DNA from: a virus
Lineage: Duplodnaviria > Caudoviricetes
Direction: 5' to 3' (one strand)
Length of the DNA stretch: 32,222 nt
Virus record (IMG/VR): IMGVR_UViG_3300049857_000042
Location: 1 to 32,222 of that record
Positions 18,552-26,709 of this stretch are shown here, one piece after another. The notes under the pieces were generated by a model. It saw only the letters and a list, made by a program, of their open reading frames with translations. It did no database searches and was not told where the DNA came from. Each line of letters opens with the position of its first letter. Positions within the stretch are counted from its first letter, which is position 1. The position numbers and the translations under genes are program-made.

Positions 18552-19745
18552 CTAGCTGAACGTGATGTAGAGCTCGTCAGACTCTCCGCTTTGACCTCTT
18601 GACGCTGAGAAGCTAACCTCTTCCTGAAGCAGACCGTCTTGATCTGACTCTGAAAGCTCGGTTGCGATGCAAGCAGGCATGTAGAAAGCTACCACCTGGT
18701 TGTACTCACCCGCAGTTGAGGTAGGAACGTGAGCTGATCCGAACAAGCTAAACTCCGTGTTGGCAACGAACTTCGTGAACTGATCGATGCTGTCATCGTA
18801 CTTGTACGGGTTGAACGTTCCAGATATCACTCTCTCAGAGGCTCTGCCGCTGATGCGACCGTTGCTTGAGCACGTAGAGGTTGCGAAGCCTAAAGTGTTC
18901 TCTAGCGAGAAGTCGAAAGAGTTGATCTGAAGGTCTACTCCGTCCTGGTACACGCACGCGTTGAGGATGATAGGAGGAAGTGCGTCGCTGAAGTTAGGCG
19001 TGTGAGGCTGGGCCGTGATCGAGCGATCAAAGCTTAAACCTTCAAAGCCGAAGTTAAACGATGCGAGCTGTCCTGTCGTGAAGTTCTCAAGAGCTAGCGA
19101 GCTTACGCGGCATCCTGTAGCCTGCTCTAGGATAGCTTCCTCAAGGTACTTGCTGATGGATAAGCTAGGGTGTCCTGAGTTAGCTACCGTGTAGGTGGTA
19201 AGAGCTGCGATGACGTCGCCGTCAACGAAAGCGCTTGCCATAGGAAGCAGGATGTCGATGTAAACGTCACCAGACGTGTGAGAAACCGCAGTTACCGGAG
19301 AGGTGTGGTAAGCACCGGCTCTCTTGATCGTAACTGAGTCCCCTACGCTGTACTTGTTAGCGGCAGCGTTTGGAAGGTAAGCTCTGGTGGTAGTGTGAGT
19401 ACCGCCTGAGTCACCGTCGTTAACCGTTGTGGTTGAGGCTTGTCGTCTAGAACCTAGAGCGCTTCTTAGAAGCTTGTCGTACTCTGGAGCTGCGCCTTCC
19501 GTGAAGGCCGCTCTCATCTCAACTGGCATAGAGCCTGTTACAGACTTGGTTCCTGTTCGAGGGGTTGACTTACCGATGGATCCGTTGAAGATGTTTCTCT
19601 CAACGAGCTCCTTCGCAGGAGTAAGCTCAGCTCCGTCGGCTAACACTTGCACGTAGCTTGTGTCCGCCTGAGGCGCTAGGTACTCTCCCTCTGTTGTCTC
19701 AATCTCAACGGCATAGACGGTATTATTCTTTACTGCTATAGCCAT
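18552..19745 (-). CDS. major tail tube protein
   Basis: A.E.ETT.G N-terminus, GCRVSSL.L and INSFDFSLEN motifs, position before the chaperone, AAGGAG RBS. Confidence 0.8.
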   Translation of the reverse strand: MAIAVKNNTVYAVEIETTEGEYLAPQADTSYVQVLADGAELTPAKELVERNIFNGSIGKSTPRTGTKSVTGSMPVEMRAAFTEGAAPEYDKLLRSALGSRRQASTTTVNDGDSGGTHTTTRAYLPNAAANKYSVGDSVTIKRAGAYHTSPVTAVSHTSGDVYIDILLPMASAFVDGDVIAALTTYTVANSGHPSLSISKYLEEAILEQATGCRVSSLALENFTTGQLASFNFGFEGLSFDRSITAQPHTPNFSDALPPIILNACVYQDGVDLQINSFDFSLENTLGFATSTCSSNGRISGRASERVISGTFNPYKYDDSIDQFTKFVANTEFSLFGSAHVPTSTAGEYNQVVAFYMPACIATELSESDQDGLLQEEVSFSASRGQSGESDELYITFS

Positions 19746-19758
19746 GAAATAAATCTCC

Positions 19759-20211
19759 TTAGATTAAGCTAAACCTATACGTTATGTCCATCGTAGCTCT
19801 CTGAATAGCCACCTTGCTGTCTACCATGTACTCTGGATCTGGCATCTGCAAGTTGAACACGTTTAGAACCACGGCAGGGGCACCACACTTGGTGTTTACC
19901 AGGTCCTTGTATATGCTTAACATGTTGTTAAAGTTGTCTAGAGCCTTCTCTGACTGCTCTGAGTCGTCTAGGCTAGACTCCCTGTAAGACTTCGAGAGTA
20001 CTACCTCGAAGGTCTGAGTTAACTGAACTGTCTTGGTGACTCCAGGCACCTCGCCACCTGCCAAAGCTCTAACGCCGTAGCGCTCGCTGTTGGTGTTGTA
20101 GTTGTTCTTAGCCACGTCCTGAACGTAGGCTAGAAGCTTGTAGGATGGTCCCAGATAGTTCTGGATCGTACCCTCTATAGCTTCCTTGATGTCTCTTACG
20201 TGGTCTATCAT
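19759..20211 (-). CDS. putative tail terminator / neck protein
   Basis: 150 aa directly upstream of the tail tube gene. C-terminal ..MDITYR strand. Confidence 0.55.
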   Translation of the reverse strand: MIDHVRDIKEAIEGTIQNYLGPSYKLLAYVQDVAKNNYNTNSERYGVRALAGGEVPGVTKTVQLTQTFEVVLSKSYRESSLDDSEQSEKALDNFNNMLSIYKDLVNTKCGAPAVVLNVFNLQMPDPEYMVDSKVAIQRATMDITYRFSLI

Positions 20212-20212
20212 T

Positions 20213-21046
20213 CTATCTCAACCATCTTTGAACCTTGAAAGGCTCGTTAGTTTCTGAAACGTCTTCTTGACCGTCGTCATCCGTGTCAAGAGCTAGGAGA
20301 AGAAGTTCGAAGCTCTCCTCGAACTTGTCCTGGTACTCCTCGTATTTGCTCCACCAGGTGTCTTCCTTGCTGTCTGAGAGCATGAAGAAGATCTTAGACA
20401 AGGTAAGCATGACGGCGGCTTGTCTTACCTGCTCAAGGTTATGAAGGTCAAACGCTGTTAGGTCCTTGAGGCTTGATGATCCTGAGCTTTGCTTTAGGAT
20501 CCCTTTGTTTCGAAGCATCTGAAGTATCATGTTTCTCGCACCTACGTGCTGAACAAGGTGTGAGCTTTCTCCAGACGGGAGAAGGTTCTGGTTGTCAACC
20601 TCGAAGAACTCCTGCTTGAGCGCGTTGTCGTCAGCGAACAGTATGTTGATGCCTCTATAAGTTGTTGCCGAGTGGTCAGCACTTGGTCTGATCCTAATGT
20701 AGTACTTGCTGATGCCACCAACTGAAACCTGCTTCATATCGCTCTTGTCCCAGAACAGAAAGCCTGATCTAGTGAAACCCCTAGTTTCATCTATCAAAGA
20801 TAACGACGTCCATGTTGTACCGTTGTAGTACTCAGCTTGAAGGCTGTTAGCGTTCACGTTCGGCGTGGTAAGAGCAACGAACGTAGCGTTGAACGGCTTC
20901 ATGTATCCTACGTAGAGGTAGTCCTCTGTTGAGCTCAGAGAGAAGATAAATTCATCCCTAATATAATCAGCAGCGCTGTCAGAGTGATTAGAAACTGTAC
21001 CATTGTCATCGTGTAGCACCGTAAGCTTGCTTTGTGGGTCTATCAT
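20213..21046 (-). CDS. putative head-tail adaptor with N-terminal beta-sandwich
   Basis: Position. N-terminal EYYNGTTW/YYIRIR beta domain, C-terminal helical adaptor-like QAAV.L.LS.IF...Y..Y. Confidence 0.55.
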   Translation of the reverse strand: MIDPQSKLTVLHDDNGTVSNHSDSAADYIRDEFIFSLSSTEDYLYVGYMKPFNATFVALTTPNVNANSLQAEYYNGTTWTSLSLIDETRGFTRSGFLFWDKSDMKQVSVGGISKYYIRIRPSADHSATTYRGINILFADDNALKQEFFEVDNQNLLPSGESSHLVQHVGARNMILQMLRNKGILKQSSGSSSLKDLTAFDLHNLEQVRQAAVMLTLSKIFFMLSDSKEDTWWSKYEEYQDKFEESFELLLLALDTDDDGQEDVSETNEPFKVQRWLR

Positions 21047-21282
21047 TGTGCACCTGTTATTAGTTTAACCAGCTCTGGAGCGAAGCCACCAGCACCGCCT
21101 AGAGCGATAGCTATTATGACGTACCACAGCTTGTCCATTTTCTTATCCTGCTTGTCCATGCGCTCCTCGTGTGAGTCTGAGCGCTTTATATGGTGAGCAA
21201 GATCTACCTCCATCTTAGCTAAGGTAACCGTCATCTCGGACTGCTTCTCTATGATCTTGTCTAACTTGTCTTCAACTCCCAC
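21043..21282 (-). CDS. small coiled-coil plus C-terminal TM protein (XhlA/holin-like)
   Basis: Heptad N-terminus followed by LWYVIIAIALGGAGGF. Confidence 0.5.
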   Translation of the reverse strand: MGVEDKLDKIIEKQSEMTVTLAKMEVDLAHHIKRSDSHEERMDKQDKKMDKLWYVIIAIALGGAGGFAPELVKLITGAQ

Positions 21283-21748
21283 TGCACAACTCCTTAGCGA
21301 TCTGAACCGGAGACATCATGCTGTAGCATCTACGTGTGAGGTATCCAAGAACTTCGCAGCAAAAATATTTATTCTTATCCTGAAGAAGGTTCTTCTTTGG
21401 TAGCTTAAACCCTACGAAGGTAGGTATTATTGCTAGGGTGAAGAACGTTATGCCTAGCCAGTCGTATCCTCTACCTTTTATGTCCCTGAAGAGATCAGCT
21501 ATCTCTTGGTAGCTTCTAGGCTTAAGCTCTGCCCTTGCCACCTCGGTGTTTACCGTGCTCCAGGCATCGTACGATATAACTCGAACGCCTGACTTCATCG
21601 TTGACTCGTGTACCCATCTCTTGTTAACCAGAAGGGCTGTGTGGCTGCACGGAGCTTGTCTCTTAGCTAGATGCTTCGTTCCGTTCGCTATGATCTTAGA
21701 TCCGATCATGTCGTTGTGGCTGAATATCGCGTCTAAGGTTACTACCAT
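21272..21748 (-). CDS. permuted papain-like (YiiX/YaeF, NlpC/P60) enzyme
   Basis: SHTAL (His), GYDWLG and YFCCE (Cys) in the permuted His-before-Cys order. Confidence 0.8.
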   Translation of the reverse strand: MVVTLDAIFSHNDMIGSKIIANGTKHLAKRQAPCSHTALLVNKRWVHESTMKSGVRVISYDAWSTVNTEVARAELKPRSYQEIADLFRDIKGRGYDWLGITFFTLAIIPTFVGFKLPKKNLLQDKNKYFCCEVLGYLTRRCYSMMSPVQIAKELCSGS

Positions 21749-22170
21749 AGGATCTTCTGAAGCTTAAAGTTAACGATAACCGTAGGGTCAACATCTTCTC
21801 CTACAGACACGTATATAGTTCGGAGGTAAAGTCCTCCGAATATCTTAGCCGGGTAGCTTGAGCTTAGGTCCATCTGCTTGCTTGACTGAGGATCCATGTA
21901 CCAGTTAGTCACGTACTGACCTAGAACAACGTTTACCCCATAACCTAGAACGTTATCCTTGTCTATAACCTGAAACGTTACGTGATCTCCGCTTACCGCG
22001 TCTAACACGGTAAGAACTGCTCCATCCACAAGGTTATCGTCTGATATCAAGAAGTCATTGGTTGTTGTAGAGTTCTTAGAAGCCGTGAACTTGTTGCCTG
22101 TGTAGTTAGCGTTTAGGTCTACCTTGCTATACTCGGACTTAGACATCGGAGCGTACTTAGAGTTTAACAT
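21742..22170 (-). CDS. hypothetical virion protein
   Basis: 142 aa, beta-rich, coupled to both neighbours. Confidence 0.55.
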   Translation of the reverse strand: MLNSKYAPMSKSEYSKVDLNANYTGNKFTASKNSTTTNDFLISDDNLVDGAVLTVLDAVSGDHVTFQVIDKDNVLGYGVNVVLGQYVTNWYMDPQSSKQMDLSSSYPAKIFGGLYLRTIYVSVGEDVDPTVIVNFKLQKILW

Positions 22171-23898
22171 CTATACCTCCTGCCACTCGACAGACACGCT
22201 TATTATGTTGCCTGTCACCGTTGTTGCGTTGAAGTTGATGCAAAGCTGCTGAGAAGCACCTCTCAAGATCAATGGCTGTCCTGTAACAAAGTCCAATATA
22301 ACATCACCGCCTGTTATTCCTGTGTTGTTAAACGTTATCCTGTGTGCTCGAACGTTACCTACCGCAGCTCCTAAGGTTAAAGGGTTAACGGTGTAGAACC
22401 CTACGTTAGCAGTTCCTGCGGCGTTTGTGTTGTCATGAGGTACGTTGGTAAGAACAGTTCTTGTACCACCTGTGTTGAGAGCTGAGCGTTTTATCAAGGC
22501 TGCAGAAACTGTTATGGGTGATCCTGAAGTAGTTGTTCCTGTAAGTCGTATCTTTGTTATTCTTATCGTCTTTGTGGCGCTTCCTATTATGTTCCAAACG
22601 TCTGTTGCAAGAAGAGGGAACGTTGCGTTGCTAGCCGCTGCAGAGTATGTTTGAGGCTCGTACGGAAGAGGTCTAGTCACTAATCCTGCGTCAGACAACG
22701 AAGGAGTTGAAGCTGAAACTGCTGAGTCTATAGCTCCGTTAGTTATCTGAGTCTTCTGACTTCTGTCTGTCGTAGAAGTTATGAGTGACGTTACTCGCTG
22801 AGCTATCCGCTGAAGCCTGCCGTTTAAACCACTTGACGCTGTGTCTGTTCCGGGAGCCGCCTCTGTTAGATCTCCTATACGAGTAAGCTCTGTTGTCTGG
22901 TTAGCTGCAGTTGAAACCTTAAGGTCTATGCTGTTTAGGTAAACGTTAGACGATGCGATCAACGCCTCAACTGTGTCAGCGTTGTCTCTTATCGTCGTAA
23001 GAAGCGCGTTCGTTGAGGTAACTAAACCCTCAAGGCCGTCAACGTTACCGTTTATGGTTGACAGTAAACTCTCAACCGTGTCTGCGTTATCCCTGATCGT
23101 AGTAAGCAGAGCGTTGCTTGAAGTTATCAAGCCTTCTATACCATCTGTGTTGCTGCCTATGCTTGTAAGAAGCGCTTCAACCGTATCAGCGTTGTCACGA
23201 ATTGTTGTAAGAAGCCCGTTAGTTGAAGTTATGAGCGCTTCTATTCCATCGGTGTTAGACCCTATGTTGGTAAGAAGAGTCTCTACGGTGTCCGCATTGT
23301 CGCGTATGGTGGTAAGAAGTCCGTTAGCGGTGTCAAGTTTCGTGTTCGTAGAAGCTATCAAAGCTTCCAATGTGTCTGTGTTGCTGCTGATCGTTGTAAG
23401 TAAAGCGTTGGCGGCAGCAGCTAAGGTTTCTAAACCATCAACGTTTGAGTTAACTGAAGTAAGAAGAGACTCAACCGTGTCGGCGTTGTCTCTTATAGTT
23501 GTAAGTAAGCCTTCTATCCCGTCTGTGTTACCACCGATGCTGGTAAGTAACGACTCGACTGAGTCTAGGTAGCCTTCAAGCTGATCCACGGCTGATAACA
23601 CTGAAGTTAGCGTAGCCTCTGTGGCAGCTCCTACCGGCAAAGCGCTGTCAATAACCGATACGGGAGCCGGGTTCCCGATATCGTTCTTAATCTCAACCTC
23701 GTTTGATACAGTCACGGCACCAACGTTTATGGTGATGTTCTCAATCGCAGATACGACGTCGTCTAGCTTGGTCTTAACGACCTCAAGCTGGGAGTGTATC
23801 TCCGCGTCAGTCACCCGTCTTGCCGTGTCTCCGTTGCTGTCAAGGGTGAAGCTCTCATGATCGGCCTCAAGCCTACTTTTTTGTAGTACGCCGCTCAT
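22171..23898 (-). CDS. coiled-coil fibre protein with C-terminal beta domain (head fibre/whisker-like)
   Basis: About 230 aa of heptad repeats containing LLTTIRDNADTVE five times. Located between capsid and neck genes. Confidence 0.65.
   Translation of the reverse strand: MSGVLQKSRLEADHESFTLDSNGDTARRVTDAEIHSQLEVVKTKLDDVVSAIENITINVGAVTVSNEVEIKNDIGNPAPVSVIDSALPVGAATEATLTSVLSAVDQLEGYLDSVESLLTSIGGNTDGIEGLLTTIRDNADTVESLLTSVNSNVDGLETLAAAANALLTTISSNTDTLEALIASTNTKLDTANGLLTTIRDNADTVETLLTNIGSNTDGIEALITSTNGLLTTIRDNADTVEALLTSIGSNTDGIEGLITSSNALLTTIRDNADTVESLLSTINGNVDGLEGLVTSTNALLTTIRDNADTVEALIASSNVYLNSIDLKVSTAANQTTELTRIGDLTEAAPGTDTASSGLNGRLQRIAQRVTSLITSTTDRSQKTQITNGAIDSAVSASTPSLSDAGLVTRPLPYEPQTYSAAASNATFPLLATDVWNIIGSATKTIRITKIRLTGTTTSGSPITVSAALIKRSALNTGGTRTVLTNVPHDNTNAAGTANVGFYTVNPLTLGAAVGNVRAHRITFNNTGITGGDVILDFVTGQPLILRGASQQLCINFNATTVTGNIISVSVEWQEV
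22966..23508 (-). repeat. coding repeat, five copies of LLTTIRDNADTVE
   Basis: Copies begin on + at 22966, 23071, 23176, 23281 (105-nt period) and 23470. Confidence 0.9.
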
Positions 23899-24082
23899 TC
23901 TCGCTTATCTTTCTGATTAGGTCTGAGTTCTCTGTGTCAACATAGTAAGTGGTGTAGTATGCCTTGCCGTCGTAGAGGAACGGCGTGTAGTTGTAGCTGT
24001 AACCACCCTTGAGGTTAATCATGTTGCACTTGGCAACAAGAGCCTCCATAGACTGAGCTTTAACTAGCACCTGAAGTAGCAT
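23873..24082 (-). CDS. hypothetical protein
   Basis: AAGGAA RBS, 69 aa, overlaps the fibre gene start. Confidence 0.55.
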   Translation of the reverse strand: MLLQVLVKAQSMEALVAKCNMINLKGGYSYNYTPFLYDGKAYYTTYYVDTENSDLIRKISENERRTTKK

Positions 24083-24096
24083 TCAGTTCCTTTAAG

Positions 24097-24144
24097 TAAC
24101 CCAAAACAGGGTTATGTTTCTTTAAATAACCCGTTATAGGGTTA
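24097..24144. promoter_or_regulatory. two TAACCC-N6-GGGTTA palindromes, operator-like
   Basis: 24097-24114 and 24127-24144. Identical arms, different spacers, 30-bp period. Confidence 0.6.
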
Positions 24145-24150
24145 GGATAG

Positions 24151-24182
24151 ATGACACCCAGGGCTTACGCCCCAGGCATCAT
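24151..24182 (-). terminator. 14-bp GUAA-tetraloop hairpin after the capsid gene
   Basis: AUGAUGCCUGGGGC-GUAA-GCCCUGGGUGUCAU with four G-U pairs valid only on the - strand. No U tail, so it may be an mRNA stabiliser or leaky terminator. Confidence 0.65.
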
Positions 24183-24189
24183 GTTTAGA

Positions 24190-25074
24190 CTAGAGGGCTG
24201 CTGTTTCGTCGCCGAACCAGATCAACTCACCGTCGCGGATAACGCGAACGCCGTACTGAGCATCCATAGAAACGAACGTGCGTTTCTTAGAGCTGTGACG
24301 TTCCTCGTCAACCGTAACGTTCTTCATCATAGCCTTCACGATAGCGTCTGTGTGAAAGATCACTACCTGGTTAGCTGTCAAGTCTTGAGACTCAACGATG
24401 ATGAAGCCGTACAAGCGAGCAAGCTCACCGTTAACAACGGCTTGGTTGTTGCCGAACTTAGAAGCATCCTGGATGCCGTCTTCTGTTCGGAGCAAGTGTG
24501 CCTGCTTAGGCGACACCATGCAGATACGACCAGACTTAGGGATCTTGGCCTCATCCATCTCTTTACCGATCAAAGAGAGCTGGTTAAGAGTCAAGCGCTG
24601 GTTAGCGTTAGACTGGTCATCAGTGCCAGCAAGCTGGAACTTGTTGGTGTTAGCTCCACCAGACTCAGGCTTAACGGTACCTGCAGCTACCATAGCCGCG
24701 ATGAGGTCTCCTTCAAGCTGCTCTGCCATAGCAGGAGCTGCCTCTACGTAGAAGTCATCGACTAGGTCTACAGAAGAGTAGGCTTGGTCGGTGTCGTAGA
24801 TGTAGTCCCATACAGTCTTGAACTTATCGATCTGCAAGGTGTCTTTAAGGTAAGACGTTGCAGAGTCAGCGAGTTCAGTACCGCTGTCGTCGTAGTTACC
24901 TACAGAGCGACCTACTGAGCGAGGAATAGTTGTGTAGCGTTGACCAGGACGTAGTCTGTCCGAAAGGTCACGGGCTAAAGCCCATGCTACTGAATTTTTA
25001 CGCAAAGCGCGTTGGATCTCGTCAGCTAAAATCTCCGTACGAGTTAGCTTGGAGAGATCTGATGCAATAGACAT
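24190..25074 (-). CDS. major capsid protein (HK97 fold)
   Basis: After the scaffold gene. TIPR, GRICMVSP, NGELARLYGFIIVES and YGVRVIR motifs. Strong AAGGAG RBS. Confidence 0.88.
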   Translation of the reverse strand: MSIASDLSKLTRTEILADEIQRALRKNSVAWALARDLSDRLRPGQRYTTIPRSVGRSVGNYDDSGTELADSATSYLKDTLQIDKFKTVWDYIYDTDQAYSSVDLVDDFYVEAAPAMAEQLEGDLIAAMVAAGTVKPESGGANTNKFQLAGTDDQSNANQRLTLNQLSLIGKEMDEAKIPKSGRICMVSPKQAHLLRTEDGIQDASKFGNNQAVVNGELARLYGFIIVESQDLTANQVVIFHTDAIVKAMMKNVTVDEERHSSKKRTFVSMDAQYGVRVIRDGELIWFGDETAAL

Positions 25075-25091
25075 AATTTCTCCTTATGTGT

Positions 25092-25721
25092 TTATATTGC
25101 TAGACCGACCTTGCTGCTCTGAGTGCGCTTGCTTGCGAGCAAGGCTCTCTTCTCAGCTTGGGTCATGTTATCTAGCGTTTGTAACGGGTTTGCTGAAGGT
25201 GTATTAGATCCCGGTGCTTGATCGTTCATGTTACCTGCGTTCTGCGTAGGAACCAACTCAGGGTTCTCTTGTCGAAACTTGTTTGCAACTGCCGTAACAC
25301 TCTCAGAGCTGAGCGTTCCGTCGTCACGAACAACGATCTCGTCAAGCGCAGCGTGCTGCAGATACTTAGGCTTGATGTTGCCACCGAGCTCACGCATAAG
25401 CGCCGTCATCTTAACACTCTTCTTGTAGTGCTCGTCTGTACTCTTAAGAGCAGTTTCAGCTCTTTCACGAGCCTCTTTCTCTTTCTGGTACAGCTCTTCG
25501 AAGCGCTTCTCGTCCTGCATCTTAGCTTCCTCAGCCGCCAATATCTTGGCTTCTAACTCAGCAGCCTTAGCAGCCGCCTCCTTAGCCTGAGACTTATACT
25601 TGTGCATGTCCTTTGAAACCTCTTCGTAGGCACTACGAGCTACGAACTTCTCCTTCTCGTCGCCACCAGCGGCTTTGGATTGGTCGTTAGCCTTCGGATC
25701 CTGGTTACTACCGTTCTCCAT
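25092..25721 (-). CDS. capsid scaffolding protein
   Basis: Charged coiled-coil with a low-complexity C-terminus, directly upstream of the capsid gene. Confidence 0.75.
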   Translation of the reverse strand: MENGSNQDPKANDQSKAAGGDEKEKFVARSAYEEVSKDMHKYKSQAKEAAAKAAELEAKILAAEEAKMQDEKRFEELYQKEKEARERAETALKSTDEHYKKSVKMTALMRELGGNIKPKYLQHAALDEIVVRDDGTLSSESVTAVANKFRQENPELVPTQNAGNMNDQAPGSNTPSANPLQTLDNMTQAEKRALLASKRTQSSKVGLAI

Positions 25722-25750
25722 ACTTTCTCCTTCTGCGCTACAAGCGCTGT

Positions 25751-26233
25751 TTAGAAACCATCAAACTTTATCTTGTTCAGTATCTCCGTGATCTTAACGC
25801 TCATCGCTTTAATCATGCGGTTCATCTCTGCGTTAGACACGTTCATGAACTGAAACTGCGGGTTGATCTTAAGAACGTTCTGAGCTTTCTCTTCCTGCTC
25901 TGCGTCCTTAAGCCTAACCTCAAGCTTGCCTCTTCCTACCGCGAACCTAAGACCGCTGAGCAATGCTCCGGTCTGGTTAAGTCCTGACTTGGCAGGAGTG
26001 GCACCTGGTCCTGTTAGCTTCCCTTGCTTGTCGAGAAGCTTCCTGTTGCTCTTGGTCTTAACCGCGAGCTTTGGTAGAGGATGGGTAGGACCTTCTGGAT
26101 CCATCACTCCGCGTCCGAGCCTTGTTCTTAAAGGTATAGACTCGACTAGAACCTTACCAGCCTCTTCTAGAACCGTCTTTGATCCTAGGGCGTCTGCTAT
26201 GATCTGACCGATGTCTGACAACTTAGCGCCCAA
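25751..26233 (-). CDS. virion morphogenesis-like protein (paralogue B)
   Basis: RTRLGRGV ... LNQTGALLSGL ... FMNVS..E, resembling Mu gpG-like neck proteins. Confidence 0.5.
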   Translation of the reverse strand: MGAKLSDIGQIIADALGSKTVLEEAGKVLVESIPLRTRLGRGVMDPEGPTHPLPKLAVKTKSNRKLLDKQGKLTGPGATPAKSGLNQTGALLSGLRFAVGRGKLEVRLKDAEQEEKAQNVLKINPQFQFMNVSNAEMNRMIKAMSVKITEILNKIKFDGF

Positions 26234-26702
26234 GAAGCCCTCTCACGAAACCCTCAACGAAGCCTTCTGATATGTCGGCTGGTTGTGTGTCTCTCTCTGG
26301 CTGACCGAAGTCTGAGAGTATGGACTTAAGCTCCTTGTCTGTTAGACCTAGAAACTTGAAGCCCTTCTCTTCCAGCCACACGGACTTGTCGTTCTCGTGC
26401 TGGCCGTTTAGTCCAATAATTATTCGACCTATGATCGAGGTGTTTATAACCTCGACCGAGTCGAGCATGTCTCCAGACAGAGTTAGGTTAACGTCGTTCT
26501 TAGACTTGTTAGCTATCTCGAACTCTGGAGTCTTAACGTAGGTCTTGCTGTATGATCCCTTGAAAGGTTTCTTACCGACGCCTTGACCGTTCTTTGTTCT
26601 GTCAACGATGTACCTAACGATCTCGATGCCTATCTGCTTACGCTCTGCTTCCGTGTATCTGGGATCTACGAAGGCAGTATACGTGTTGTCTCGCTCTGCC
26701 AC
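26223..26702 (-). CDS. virion morphogenesis-like protein (paralogue A)
   Basis: RTKNGQGV..F..YS..Y ... VNLTLSGDMLDS ... FLGLT..E. Confidence 0.6.
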   Translation of the reverse strand: MAERDNTYTAFVDPRYTEAERKQIGIEIVRYIVDRTKNGQGVGKKPFKGSYSKTYVKTPEFEIANKSKNDVNLTLSGDMLDSVEVINTSIIGRIIIGLNGQHENDKSVWLEEKGFKFLGLTDKELKSILSDFGQPERDTQPADISEGFVEGFVRGLLGR

Positions 26703-26709
26703 GCGCTAC

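Noticed and set aside
22973-23572. 199-aa + strand ORF, and similar antisense ORFs such as 24151-24765, 7360-7812 and 10037-10441
   Set aside because: Shadows of repetitive or biased minus-strand genes, with no RBS or recognisable motifs.
24097-24144. TAACCC matching the vertebrate telomere repeat unit
   Set aside because: Not a tandem array. It occurs as palindrome arms in a phage intergenic region.
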